Assembly: GCF_009914755.1 (NCBI RefSeq)
Contig: NC_060947.1
Reading direction: 5' to 3' (one strand)
From: the human T2T-CHM13v2.0 reference genome, Homo sapiens
Length of the DNA stretch: 64,000 nt
Shown: positions 49,800 to 64,000 of the stretch, piece after piece
Layout of the letters: the number at the start of each line of letters is the position of its first letter
Position numbering within the stretch: the first letter of the stretch is position 1
Translations under genes and position numbers: made by a program
Notes under the pieces: model-generated
Told to the model about the DNA's origin: nothing
Seen by the model: only the letters and a program-made list of their open reading frames with translations
The model's database searches: none

Positions 49800-52700
49800 C
49801 TCCACCCCATTGTCTTCCTCACTCGCTTCGGCACCCTCATACATGTCCCCTGAGACTGATACCCAGTCATCCTACAACCTCCATGACCTACATATCCTCT
49901 CTACTGGAGCTGCCCACTGGCTTGAGCGCATCTTGGGCCTTGTCATTACTTGGGATGGCTCCAGCACCATGATTTCCAATCCCCAGTCCCCCTACCCCCA
50001 GCCTTCAGATGACTGGCTCCCTCATTCTTCTCAAACCTGGTCTTGGTCCCGGTCCTTGGCACTGGGCTATTAAGCAACGGCTTGTTTAAAAAAGAATGGT
50101 CTTCCCACCCTCAAGCATTCCAGTCCTTCTTCCCCACCCACAACCTCATTTTCCCAGCCCCTAGCTATCTCTAGGCCTTCCCCACCTCCCTGCTTCATAT
50201 ATTCTTAACCCTGCCACCAATTGTGACCTTCATGACTCGAAGTCATTCAAGCTTTGCACACCTTCTGCTGGTCCTGCCTTCTGTTGTCCCAGGCTTGGCC
50301 AGTTAGCTCCTGGCAATTATAAGCTTGCCAGCCTCAGTGTGAGGTCCTTGCCAATGTTCCACAATCCTTGAACTCATCCCATGGGGGCTGGCATTCCCAT
50401 CTTCTACTTTTCTTACATTCCAGCCCCACAACTACGCTCTCCTAATGCTTGGCTTCCAATTTTGCTAAGATTAAGGCTGTCCATCTTGGAATCTCTCTGT
50501 ATGTGTGCTCTCTTCCTTCCTCCCTCCTTCTTTCCCTCCCTCTCTGTCTCCCTCCTTCTCCCCCTCTCCCTTTTGTCTCCTAGGAAGACTTATCTATCCT
50601 CCTCTCCATAACTAACCTCTAACTCCATCAATTATCCCCTTTCTCTTGTATCTCCATCTCTGCCCCTCCTTTCAGTGCTATTTCCTCCTCAGCCTACAAG
50701 GATTTTCAGCTCTCCCCCATCCTTCAAAGAAACCCTCCCTTAACCCTGCCTCCCTCTTAAGCTATTTGCCTTCTCTCTTCCATTCCATTTTCAGTCAAAC
50801 TGCTTGGAAAAGGGTTGTCTGCTCTCACTGTCTCTGCTTCCTCACCTCCCACTCTCTCCTCAGTCGACTGCAATATGTCCTCTCCCCCTCTTGCCTGAAA
50901 TTGCTCTCTTAAAGGTCACTGATGACTTCTTTGTCACCAGCATAAGTGGCTTTTTCCCATCCTCACATCTGACCCTGCCAACTCTCCCTTCCTGCTTGCC
51001 ATTCTCTCCTTCCTTGGCTTCGGAGTCACTGAGTGTCCTCTTCCTTCTCTTGCCTATCTCACCGCACCTTGTGGCTCTTTACTCTCCTCTCTTGCCATAC
51101 AAGTGTCGGTTTGGCTCTAGCTTCTGTCTTTTGACGTCTTCTCCCTCTACACTCCTTCAATTATCCCCTCATTACTGCTTTCTTCAGAGTAATAGACAGT
51201 AATGTCCACTCTCCAGCTTTCAGTCATTGTCATGATGTCCCATTCTTTATTGTTAGCTATGATCATTCTTCAGTTCCAGACCCAGGTCCCAGGGACATGT
51301 CCATTTTATGTCATACAGGGACTTTGAATTCAATGCATCAAGCTGAACTCATCATCTTTCCCCCCAAACTGGTCCCTTCCCATACTGTTTAGTTTCATAA
51401 GTGGTTCCACTAGCTAATAAGGCCAGGAAATTGGGAGTCATCACTGCTCTTTTCCTTCCCCTCTTCCCCTACATCTACTCCATCACCAAGTCTCAACATG
51501 TCTATTTTCTCAATATCTCCCCAATTTGTTCCCTTCTCTCCAGTCCCACTTTCTTTGATTCATTTATTCATTCATTCATTCAACAGTTATTGAATTCTTT
51601 GTAACAGTCACTGGGCCAGACTCTGGAGCAACCATGGTGAACAAGACAGTAAAGGTATCTCCCTCATGACACATTCTAGTGAGGGAAATAGACAAAAAAG
51701 AAACAAATAAATACATAAAGAGACACAAAGGGAATAAATAGATCATCCTGATAGAGGATGATGGGTGTACCAATTTTATATATGACTTTCAGGAAAGGCT
51801 TTTGTTAGGATACAATACTTAAGCTAAGACCTGAAGGTTGACAAAGAGCCAGTAGTGTGAAGAGCTGAGGAGAGAACTTTTCAGCAGAGGGAACAACAAC
51901 TGCAAAGACCCTGAAGCCAGAAAGAGCTCAAGTGGGCTAAGGACCAGAAAAGATGCCAGTGTGGCTGGAGTGAAGAGAACGAGGGGGGCAGTGGGACAAG
52001 ATGTGGTCAGAGAGGGAGGCAGGGACCACACATCCTGGGGAACATTGTAAGCCAGTGTAAGAAACTTGCATTTTAGTCTAAGCACAGTTAAAACCCACCG
52101 CAAGGTTTTAAGTTAGGGACAATAGTCTAATATGCATTTTGATAAAAAATTACTCTGATGATTGTGAGGAGACAAGACTAGCAGGGTAAGAAAGGAAGCA
52201 GGGAGAGTGGTGAGGAGGCCTGTGCAGTTGGCTGTGAGAGAAATGATGGCGGCAGTGCAGGTGAAGATGGGGATGGACAAGATACACTGGAGACAGAACA
52301 GAGCGGGCTGATCGATTGAACATGGGGAGTGAAGGAAGGAAACAATCAAGGATGACTCCTGGGGTTTGGGCTTGGGCAACTGGTAAATAGTGGCATTTAC
52401 TAAGAAAGGAAAACTGCGGGAGGAGCAGGCTTCAGGGTGAATCAATACTTTCTCTTTGGATTTGTTAAGTTTGGATGGTTCTTGAAGCATTCAAGTGAAG
52501 ATATCAAGGAGGTAGCTGGTTAAATGAGGTTGGAGATCAGAGAAGCTTGGGATGGACATGGACATTTTGGAGTTGCAAACACTTCAATGGCATTTGAAGT
52601 CATGGGAGTGGCTGAGCTCACCTAGGAAAAGAGTGCAGAGAGGAAAAGAGAGAGCCCAGGATGGGTCTCTGAGGAATTCCAGTATATAGAGGTTGGGCAG

Positions 52701-53760
52701 AGGAGGGATGAGTGGAGGGGCCAGTGAGATAGGTAGGAGGCACACTAGAAGAGTGTGTTGTCACGGGGTTGAGAGAAGAGACTTTTTACAGAAGGAGGAA
52801 GTTGGTCAGCACTGCGGAAGTCTGCTGAGATGTCAAGTCAGACAGAAGCCACTGATGGAGCTGGCTGATTTGGAGCACCTGCTGTGCGCCAAGCACTGTG
52901 CTGATGGGCATAGCATCTATTAACTCATTTAATCCTCATCCCAATCCTACAAGGTAGGTGCTGTTAGTATCATCTCTACTTTACAGATTAGAAAGTTCGG
53001 TCTCAGAGAGGTTAAGTATCTTTCTCAAGGTCATGCAGTTGGTTAGTGGTACAACTGGGGTTCAAACCCAGGCAGGCTGGCTCCAGAAGCCCTGCTCTTA
53101 GCCACTCCACTGGCCCACCTCTCATAATTTCAGCTCCTAGAAGTGTCCACTGGATTTGGCTTTCTGGTAGTTGTTGGCAATCTTCACAAGGGTAATTTTA
53201 GTGGAGAGGTGAGGGTAGAAGTTAGAAAGCATTGGTTGATGGATGAATGAGAGGGGAGGAAGAGGAAATGGAGTTTAGATGGCTCTTTTGAGAAGTTTCC
53301 CCATGAAGGAATGCAGAGAAATGGGGCCACATCTGGAGGAAGAAACTCGTCAAAGGAAAGACTCATTTTCCTTTCCTTTCCTTTTTCTTCCCTTCCTTTT
53401 CCTTCCCTTTCCTTGTTCTATTTTTTCCCTTCTTTTCCCTGCCTCGTCTTGTCCAGAAGGAAGATACTGAACTAGTGTCTTTCTTAAAGGGAATGATTCA
53501 ACACAGAGGAAGAGGAGCTACCTGAAAAAAGCCTTGGGAAGGTGAGAGGAGCGGGCTCTAGAGTACAGTGTGAAGGACTGGTCTGAGAAAAGAGAAAGGT
53601 GTCATCCTCCATGGTCACAGAAGGCAAGAAGGGACAATGTGGCAGATGACAGGCAGTAGGACTGTAAAATTTGTGGGCATAAAGGGAAGTTCCTGCCTGA
53701 TGGCACCTGTTTTCTTAATGAGGTGAGGTTATCAGTGGTGAAAGGTGGGGATTGAGGAAA
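49800..53760. mobile_element. Large L2-rich block (plus-strand ~49.8-51.55 kb, minus-strand ~51.56-53.7 kb) with an internal MIR (~52.86-53.1 kb)
   Basis: 'gaaattgctctcttaaaggtcactgatgacttc', 'ctgaactcatcatctttcccc' and 'cattcattcaacagttattga...gcaaagaccctgaagccag' are L2 motifs. Confidence 0.75.
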
Positions 53761-53905
53761 GAACAGATGATTGAGAGTCAGGTCCCCATCAATTTCCCCC
53801 TGAGTTATTGCAATAGCTTCCAGCAGGCCTCCCTCCTTTGACCCTTCCCTCCATCCTCTATAGAAAAGCCAGGGTACTCCATAAAGATTAGAAAGGTAAC
53901 TCCTC

Positions 53906-54242
<337 letters not shown>

Positions 54243-55017
54243 TTACCCATGTCTCCTCCTTTGCTTGGAATACCTTCTCCCTGACCCACCTCAGCCTGTT
54301 GGAGCCTCTGGTGCTCTCCAAGTGGATATCAACTTTCCGTCCAGGTGGAATGATCATTACCTCTCCTTTGTGAGTAACAGATCTACATGCCTGACTCTGA
54401 GCCCTCCTAGAGCAGGGACCCTGCCATATTCACCACTCTGCCCCTTCCATGCCAACACCCTACCAGGCACATAGTAGGTGTTTTATAAACGTGTTGATCT
54501 GACCACATGCATGAGCCTGGGATTTGGGGGACCAGGTTTCCAGCCTCTCTCCCTTTCTGTCCCTCAGTTTCCATTTTGAGTCACATGTGGATGGCACCTG
54601 ATGGTTTCTAATGTCTCTCTCAGCCTGCATACTTTTATGCCCCCACTGTCAATGAAATTACCTGACTCTTCTGGGAAGTCATTGACATTGCCAACCTGTA
54701 ACTTAAGTTTCCAAGCTTCTGGATGAAGAGAGATGTCTTTCAACCTGTGTGTCAGCCTCTCTGGCTGATAATAGTACTAGCAGCATTTGTTGAGCACTTA
54801 CTGTGTGTCATGCTAAAATCTTCACATGTATTTTCTCATCAAATCCTCATGACAGTCATATACAGGGGTTGGATTTGACAGATAAGGAGACGGGTTTGGA
54901 GAGGTTAGGTAATCTGCCAGTGCAACACAACTAGGTGGCACAGCTTAGACTCTAACGCAGACCTCACTACTTTCAGAGCTCATGTTCTCAAACACTCTGC
55001 AGGATGCCAACCATGAG

Positions 55018-55196
55018 CAGTGGTCTCCACTTGGTATGCACATTAGACTCACTTGGGGAGCTTCAAAAATTATTGATGGTTGGATCCCACCCCCAGAGAT
55101 CCTGAGTCAATTGGTCTGGTGTCCAGCCTGGTCCTTGGGGACTTTTTCAAAGCTCCCTAGGTGATTCCACCGGGCAGCCAGGATTGAGACCCATTG
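55018..55196. mobile_element. MER5-family MITE
   Basis: 'cagtggtctc..cttgg..tgcacattagactcacttggggagctt...aagctccctaggtgattc...gcagccaggattgagacccattg'. Confidence 0.8.
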
Positions 55197-57739
55197 GCCT
55201 AGAGGCCCAGCCCTTAGGTCTGAAGCTCATGCTGACCTGGACTGCCGTCTCGGCCTCTTCAGATTTTGAGATAGGGGTGTGAGTAGAGCTGGGGATCCAG
55301 GCAGGACATAGGGGCAGGGTAAGGGGAGGAGGAGGTGTGATGGGAAGGGTATTTGGAATTTCTCACATTCTATAGGCTGTAGCACCCAGGGCTGGGAGAG
55401 ACTCCCGGGCCAAACTTGTGTCCATTGTGATTTCCTTGCTACCCCCAGCCATACATGTGTCCAAAATGTCTGATTTGTTGCCCATCAGAGGACGTCTCTT
55501 CCCCACAGGGTAGATACTCTATCCAAAGGCCCCACCCAAAGACTTGCCAGCTCCCTTCCTGGGTCTGGATGCTACTCCCTGCATGCCAGGCCCTGGCTAG
55601 AACACTGTTGTCAATGCTCAGAGTATTTAGAATCCTATGGCTCTGCTGCCAACAGATAGTCACCCACTCTGTGGCCTCTTGTCACTGAACCTGCCCCACA
55701 CTGAGGCTGACCAAGCTTCCTGCCCTGGAATCAAGTCCTGGCTCCAGCCTCCCCAGGGGCTGGTTTCCTCCTTCCCCACCAACCCTGGGGGCCGAGGTCA
55801 CAGCATGCCTTGTACGGAAGCCCACCTCAATTATGGTGTGATGGAGTCAGGCAACAGTTTTCCAGAGGACTAGGATGCTCTATGGAGGGCAGGGCCAGGC
55901 TAGGGCAATCCTGTGCCCCCTAGAAACTGGCCTCTGCATGCCTATGTACCAACTAGGGTGGGGTGCCCCTGAGGTGGAAAGAGCCTGATCGGGGGAGGAA
56001 GGCTGCAAGCTGCTGGGTGGGCCAGGTGGGTGTGGAGGAATTCTCTGTCCAGCTGCACATCTTTATTCATAATGCTTGATTGTTCCTGGCTAGGGAGCTG
56101 ATCATGCTGCGTTGAGGGGGGAGCCCCGGGCAGGCGGGCAGGCGGTGGGCTCACTCTTCTCCCGTCTTCTGTAACTGCAGCGGGAGTGGGGGCGGCCACG
56201 AGCACTGGGCTGTCAGGCTGCTCACAGCTGGTCCCGATTTGCGGACAATGGGAACTCAGCTCACAGAGCATCCCATCGAGCCCCAGCTCAGTCTGGGACT
56301 GCTTGAAGGCTTGCACAGGAATGTGGGGTGGAAAGGCTCAGAGGGCGCGCTGCAGAAGAGGCTGCAAGAAATGGTCCTGCCAAAGCGGGGAGTGGAGAAG
56401 CATGGGGGAGGGCAGCGGGAGGAGGCCTGCCAGCTGACCTCACTGAGTGAGGTAGGGGCTCAGCAGCGACCTCCTCTCTGGCAGCCAGGAACACTTGCAG
56501 CCTCATCTCTGGGGGAGGGGATACTGGCTGACACCCATATGGGGGCAGGGACTCAGCTGAGGGCATGCAGAGTCCTCGGCAAATCTGGGACTGGCAGCCA
56601 GGCCTACCAACCCTGGCTCATGCCCTTTCTGCTCCTAGACCTGACTACTCCCTGTGCCGAAGCCCCAGTTTCTGATCTCAGTGCTTGGGCTGGTCTGAGC
56701 CCTTGTGACCCACTTTGAGCTCCTGTGATCCTGTCCCCAGTCTCCACCAGAGAGTGTAAGGAAGAATCCTGGGACGACATGGACCCCTGCTGTCCTGTCC
56801 CAGCTCTCTCTGAGAGGGGCCTCCCTCTACCCCTTCTGCCCTGCAGGCCTGAGGACACCTGGGCTGCTCTGAGGGATGTGGTTCCAAGCTGGGCCAGATA
56901 GAGTGGGGATGACATGGGGAAAAGGAGGTGGGAGGAGTAATAATAACAGCCCAACGTATTGAGCATCTACTGTGCACCAGGCACTCTATGAAGTAGCTAT
57001 GGTCATTAACCCCATTTTATAGAAGAGGAAACTAAAGTTGCAAAAGGAGAGTTGGCTTGCTCAGGGTCTTATGGCCAGTGATTTGCAAAGCAGATATTTG
57101 AATCAAGGACTGCCTGACTCCTAGATGGGTGTTCTTGCCACCAAGATGAGTTTATGAATGCTTTGAGATGAGAGAGCTTTTGAAAGGCTCTGACCTCATG
57201 CCTCTGAACCCAAGCAAGAAAGACATAATTGAACTTTGATCTCTGAAAGACCTGTCAGAAGCTGGCAAAGTCCCTCTCTCTCTGGGGGGCATGAAGTGCT
57301 GTCATGCTTGGGGCAGGCAGGGAGAGTGGAGGTTCCTTCATCTCGCAGATGGGAAGGCCGAGACACAGCAAGTGAGGGCTGGAGTGGACATTCCAAACCG
57401 AGGTCTTCTTATCCACCCAGGGCCTGGCTGAAGTGGTGTGAAAGGCAAGCTTGGCACTGAGCTGAGCTCCTGCCTTGGGATATGTGAGTTACTAAGAAAC
57501 CAAGAATTCTGAGAGAGAAAGAGAGCTAGAGTTAGTTCATTAGGGATACTTGGGACCTTTGTGGAGATGCAGAGGCCTCCCTGCCCTGGGCAGCTTTGTC
57601 TGTTGCCCAAGCAATAGTCCATTAAAGCTTCCTGGGCTGGTGGTGGCGGGGCACAGGCCAACAGTGGTGGGAGGGGAGGGAGCCCAGCAGGGCCTGAGCC
57701 CTGGTACAGCACCACCCCTGGCTCTGAGAAGGGCTCAGA

Positions 57740-58700
57740 GGCAGAAGCGCAGCCAGGCCTGACCCGGAGAGGGCACCGCCAGCTGGAGGCTTGCTGCTGG
57801 GCCGAGACACTCCCGAACAGATGAGCCTCTCTATGTCCGGACGCCTTCCTGCCAGCCTTGCTCAGTGGACCTAGGGATTCTCCTTTGACAAACGTGGAAA
57901 CCGAGAGGCTGCAGAGCTACTGAAGAGCCGGGGCAGGATTTGAATCCTGGCTGTGCTTCGTCCTTAGCCCGGCAGCCCGGGGAACCGGAAGGAAGGCTCA
58001 GGGTTCTAAGCCCAAGTCGCCCCGGCCAGGCTGGCACAGGGCAGCCCGGGGAACCGGAAGGAAGGCTCAGGGTTCTAAGCCTAAGTCGCCCCGGCCAGGC
58101 TGGCACAGGGCAGGGCTGAGCGCGGGAAGTGCTGGCGCAGGCTGCCGGGAGGGAGAGCTGTGTGTGTTTCCGTGTCTTTTTGTGGGCGTGTGTATGCCTG
58201 CGCGTTTCTGTATGTGTCTCTCCCGGCGGCTGTTCTGCTTCCTCAGCAAGCCTTTCCCTCCCCCCTCCACTTCGTTTTTCTTTCTTCTTCTCCTTATTCC
58301 TCATTGTCGTCTTCTTTTTTTTAATGAGTCTTAATTAGCGTCGAGTTCCTCCTCCCGCTCCCTACCCGCCCCCCTCTCCGCCCCTGCCCTCCCTTCCCTC
58401 CTCTCCCTCCTCCCCGAGGTACAGGCCAAGCGATCTGACAAATGCACTTGAGAACAAAGCGCCAGGCTAATTCGGGGCCTGCTCAGGAAGCAGGAGCTGA
58501 GCTGAGATAATGGGTCTGAAATAGCCCAGCATGATTATGCTTCCTCAGCCTGTGGCCAGGCGGGTGCAGGCTCAGGCGGGCAGGCAGGCAGGCAGTCGGC
58601 GGGCGGGCGGACGGGCGGGCGCCGGACGCCACTCGCCCAGGGTGGTGAGGGCCATGCTTCTGCACCCAAGCCGGCCCTCCTCTGGCCTTCGCAGGAGCTG
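57740..58700. promoter_or_regulatory. CpG-rich island with no evident gene (promoter/enhancer-like)
   Basis: CpG density is far above the flanks. GC-box-like runs (gggcgg, cccgcccc), ETS-like ACCGGAAG x2 and E2F-like GCGGGAA are present. No coding exon evident. Confidence 0.7.
57971..58113. repeat. 69-bp tandem duplication (2 copies, 1 mismatch)
   Basis: 57971-58039 versus 58040-58108; they differ at cccaag/cctaag. GGCAG microhomology at the ends. Confidence 0.95.
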
Positions 58701-59709
58701 CTATCCCTCAGAGAGTCCGGTAGTCCCCAGTGGGGATGGTCCAAGGGTCAGCCAGAATCACACACTCAACCACAGTTACCCGACAGGTTGATGGCAAAGC
58801 TGAGTCACGAATCCAAGCAGCCAGGCTCCCTGACTTCAGTTCTCCTTGCTCGGTCATGCTGTCCCCAGCCTAGCTCAGTGGGAGGGGAGTGGGACAGGTG
58901 ATTCAGAGCAGGGCTTGGGCCTCCTTAGCTCAGGCTTCTCTAGGAAGACAGAGCCCCCCAGGATGGCCAGAGAAGGAGGGGTCACAGATTGCTCTGGTAT
59001 GCCAAGCAAGACAGGATGTTGGCATGGTGCCCACCAGAGAGATGGGTCAGATGTAACTTGTATACTTTTTGCCTTGCCTTCCTGGAGCTTGTCCAGAGCC
59101 TGAGACCAGACTGAGAGAGGAACAGTAAGGACCCAGGACGAGCAGAAATCGCCCTCCATAGGGCACTGCACCCATCCCACCTCCCTGCCCCCGCTGCTCA
59201 TGCCTTCATCCCTATCCCAGACATGGCCTGGGGCCCAGCAATGAGACTAGTCATGGACCTTTACTCCCTGACCCAACTGTCAAGTTCACTGGCCTCCCAG
59301 ACCCCAGGAACGAGTGACCTGTATGTGAACATGTGTCCCTTTTGCTTCATTCATCCACCCAATATGCATTTCTTAAGACCCTCCCAGTTCCAGGCTCAGT
59401 GCCAGGCCCTGGGGACTCAGAGGCAAACCAGACATAGTCTCTGCTCTCAGGGGCCCTTAGTGTGGTGGGGGTGACAGAGCAACCGAGAGATATAGTGCAG
59501 TGTGATCTGTGTGGTGACAGTTGGAATTCAAGAAGCCATGGGAGCAGAGAGGATGCCAGGGCAGGGGGTCAGGAAAGGCTTCACAGAGGAGGTGACATTT
59601 GAACTAGGCTTAAAAGATAAATAGGGCTCTGCCAGGGTAAAGATGGAGAGGGCTAGAGATTTGCTTCCTTCAAGGCGCAAGGGAACTGGGATGTGAAAGT
59701 GCTAAACAA

Positions 59710-60056
<347 letters not shown>

Positions 60057-60585
60057 TTACAACTTGAGATCCTGGGGCTGGAAAAAGGCAGAGGAACAGG
60101 AAGTGCTGGGCCGGGCAAATGGTCTGGGCTTGCACGCAGACCCGATTCTCTACTGCCCATGGCCTCCACACATAGTAATGATCGGACCTAAGACAAGACC
60201 GCCAGCCCTCTCCTTAGACCTGTAATGCTGACCTTTCTATTCCTTGATCAATCCTCAGTCCTGACCACACTGATGTAACCCAAATATCAGCCCTGGACTC
60301 CTGTTCTCCAGAGGTCTTCTGCCTTTGGTTTTCATTGTGAACTTTATTTCTGACTCCATTGCTCCAGCCCCCGCTCAGAATCCCAGACAGGTATGGCCCT
60401 CGCCATCTGCCTCTTTGCTTCGGACGCAGACTGCCACAGCACAGTTCACCTTCTATTGGTGCTTTTCCACCTACTGAGCTGTTCCAGGGCTTAGTATAAC
60501 TTTCCTAGCTTTTCTTGCAGCAGGGTCTCTACAGGAGCCCAGTCCAGGCTTTCTGAGCATGCTTTCGAAGGCTCAGGCTGTCTCC

Positions 60586-60778
60586 CAGGGCCATCACATA
60601 CAGTGCTACAGGTTGTGAACTGCATGAGGGTGTCTGGCCAAGGGTGTGAGTGGGAGCTGAAACTCAAGCCTGCATTATACTTATCAGTTTTGTGCACACT
60701 GGTGCAGGCTACATCTGTCTACAGAGGATACTCTTTTCTAATTAGCACAAAGGTGCTGAACGGGTGGGAGGGGCCCTG
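60586..60778. mobile_element. hAT-Tip100 MITE (MER91-like)
   Basis: Inverted termini cagggcc...ggccctg; internal 'catacagtgctacaggttgtgaactgca' and 'gcacaaaggtgc'; ~193 bp. Confidence 0.6.
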
Positions 60779-63236
60779 GCTCCCTTCCCTGCTGCTCCCA
60801 TCCCCACCAGCACCCTGGAGGAAAAGGCTTGGAGATGAGAACTCTGGAAGGCCCTCCTGGCTGAGAAGCCTGGGTTTGTGAGCTGCAACAAGTATCTGGC
60901 AAGTGAAGCCAGCTCCGGGACAGAGGCTGTTCCGGGCTGTGCAAAGGGACTGTGTGTGAGGATTAGTGAGAGGAAATGAAAATTGGGGATGGCCCTCAGG
61001 GGAACTGGCTGCAGATGATGTCAGAAAGGAGGCTGCCTCCTGGAGAGCAAGGGACCCGAATGGCTGCAGCAGAGGTGGGGGTGCAGGGAGGTTTGGGAAG
61101 GAGGGGCTAACTCCACTGTCCCCAGCAGCTAAGCAGGCAGCCACCTTCGGACCCCCGGCAGCCCATCTGGCTGTCTGACCCTTTGCCACCTCCTAGCTCT
61201 CCTGGCGCCTCAGGAGCTGAGGAGGCACATTCCTGTTGAGGTCCTCCAAGGACCTGGGATGGGAGGACAGGGAGGAAGGGATCATCCCCACAGGGTCTTA
61301 CCTCCTGGCAGCACGTTTCACAGCTTGGAAAATGAGTCGCTCTTCCAAACACATTTTGTGTAGAGTCTCTTAGTCACTTTGCAAGGTAGGTATTATTATT
61401 CCCATTTTACAGGAATGGAAAACCAAGGAAACTAGTTATCTGAGGACTCGAGGCTCAGGGAGATACGAAGTGACCTGTTGAAGGTCATTCAGCTAGTAAG
61501 ATGCAGAACCCACATTTGAACTCCATTGTAAAGAACAGGCTTCTCTCATTCCACCTGATTTCCAGCCATGAACAAGAGCTGAGGGCCAGGTGTTACCTGT
61601 TAATGGTTTCCAAAACTCAAAATATTCTGTTTTGAAATGATTTGCTCCACTTTCCAAATGAGAAAAACTGAGGCTACACACAGCTAATAAGTGGCAGAGT
61701 TGACAAGATGACCTTGGGGGTATGTGTGTGTGGGGGAGTTGGTGGTGTCGAGAGAAAGAAAAATGGGGGGCAGGTGGCCAGGAGCTAGGATGTGTCATGG
61801 AGCACCCATGCCAGCTGTGTAGAAGAACAAAGACTCCAGGGCCCAGCTGTAAGTGGCTTTGGGATGGGTGGGGCGGTGGTGGGTAATATGTGGGTCTGGT
61901 GGTATTGCAGAAGGTTGTGCGGTGGAGAAAGGCAGGCTCCATTTAGTGAGATTTTTCCCTGAGTTAGAAAATAGCTCTTTCTTCTTTTTCAGGGAGGCTG
62001 GGCTTTCTCTCCAACTCACTGCCACTAGCTTCCCCCTTGATGGGGACTCTGCCTGCTCCCACGTCCCCAGCTGGAGCCCCCAGCCCTGCTCCCTAATTCC
62101 AGCGGGGCAGGCAGCGTGCCCGCATGCCCAATTGATTCTCCCAGCACACACAGGTAATTCATCTCAGCTTCCCTTCCAGGCCCCCACCCCCAGATGTGCT
62201 GCCTTCCAAGCAGCCAGAGGCCAGCTCACCCCACCCATATTGCCGGCCAGCTGCAGCCCCTCATTTCCCGGGGAAGAGAGAACTAATAAAGGACAGTCTC
62301 TGAGCTGCAGCAACCCCCCCACCCCAATTCTTTCTTGCCGCAGCCGCCCCATAAAACTGAGGGGAGAGATATAAAGGGAGCAAGTGTGAGTGGAGATAGA
62401 GTTTCCATCTGAGGAGGGGAGTGGAGAAGTGGGGACGTGTGGCTGGGGCTGTGGGCAGGGCTGAGACAAGAGTGGGCCGAAGCTGGGGCCCAGCAGAGAT
62501 CGAAGGCCCCATTCACAGCTGCTTGGGCCCCACTGTCGGCTCTTGAAGAAGTAAGAAGGGGAATATGGTGGTTAGAGGATGTGAGGTGTGCCACAGACTG
62601 GTAGGCCTGGTATGGACACTTAGGATGGGCAACCCCGAAGGCCTACTTTCTGCCTTCTTCTTCCCTCCCCCTCCCTGATCCCTCACAGAACCCAGCAGGA
62701 GAGCCGGAGCCCTGACCTCCAAACCTAGCTCCACCCCCAACCCTCCGAATGACCTTGATCTGGCTCCTTTAGTCTCTGCAGGCCTCAGTCTCCTCGGCTG
62801 GGGAATGGGCTTCAGTACTCCACTCACCACACAACCTACAAGTCTATGAGTTAGGACCAAGATGTGCTATTGGCTGTGCTGTGTGGGAACATGTGGGAAG
62901 TGCTCTTGTTCCTTATCCCTGACCTGGCAGGGCCCTTGGGAGAAGGTGGGGTCTTACATGGGTATGTGCCAGGTGCTCTGGAATGGCACTGAGTCTGAAC
63001 TCTGGGGGAGGTAGGCCCTCTTCCGATCTTCCCAAGAGAAGGAGGTGGGCAAATCTTAGGCTATACAACTCTCTTCTGCCTCCCTTACGGGGCTCCTGAT
63101 ATAACAATATTTGTTCAATTCAACAATTGTTCATTGTGTACCTTCTATTTGCCAGGCACTGTTGTAGGAACTGGGGATACAGCAATGAGCAAAACTCAAA
63201 AATCCCTCACCTCCTGCACTTTCTTTTATCTCTATG

Positions 63237-63886
<650 letters not shown>

Positions 63887-64000
63887 TTGAAGCTGAAGTT
63901 ATAGTGGGGAGAAAGATAAACAATAAACAGGTGAGTCTTCTTTAATAAACCAGAGTTTAGGAAGCAAGGTCAAGCGTCTTTGGGCCACCTTAGGACCTCT

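Noticed and set aside
51270-52560. Oppositely oriented L2 segments as a dsRNA or hairpin source
   Set aside because: The copies are too diverged for stable pairing, and there is no evidence of transcription.
57831-58304. 157-aa ORF with an internal 23-aa repeat
   Set aside because: The repeat simply reflects the 69-bp DNA duplication. The rest is low-complexity, with no coding evidence.

Overview
This is mammalian (primate, human-like) genomic DNA. The window holds the 3' part of EFNB1 (ephrin-B1; X-linked, the craniofrontonasal syndrome gene) on the + strand: the end of intron 1, coding exons 2-5 (1964-2241, 3011-3103, 3307-3435, 3589-4001) and a 3' UTR of about 1.5 kb. The remaining ~58 kb has no other recognisable protein-coding gene. 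It is rich in ancient repeats (MIR, L2, L3/CR1, an RTE-X/L4-like RT fossil, L1M, hAT MITEs), MaLR solo LTRs and a few Alus. Between the repeats are unique segments with clustered homeodomain and other TF motifs (candidate EFNB1 enhancers) and a CpG-rich island at ~57.7-58.7 kb with no evident gene. The most notable observations are four. (1) EFNB1 intron 4 is 153 nt, in frame and stop-free, so retention would add 51 aa to the ectodomain stalk. (2) A 6x19-bp minisatellite is built from T-box plus MEIS/GATA motifs. (3) A near-perfect 69-bp tandem duplication doubles an ETS site in the CpG island. (4) A compact paired-homeodomain (P3)/E-box motif cluster lies at ~40.3 kb. I found no convincing novel multi-gene system. 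Repeat family calls are from recognition, not alignment, and their boundaries are approximate unless TSDs are given.
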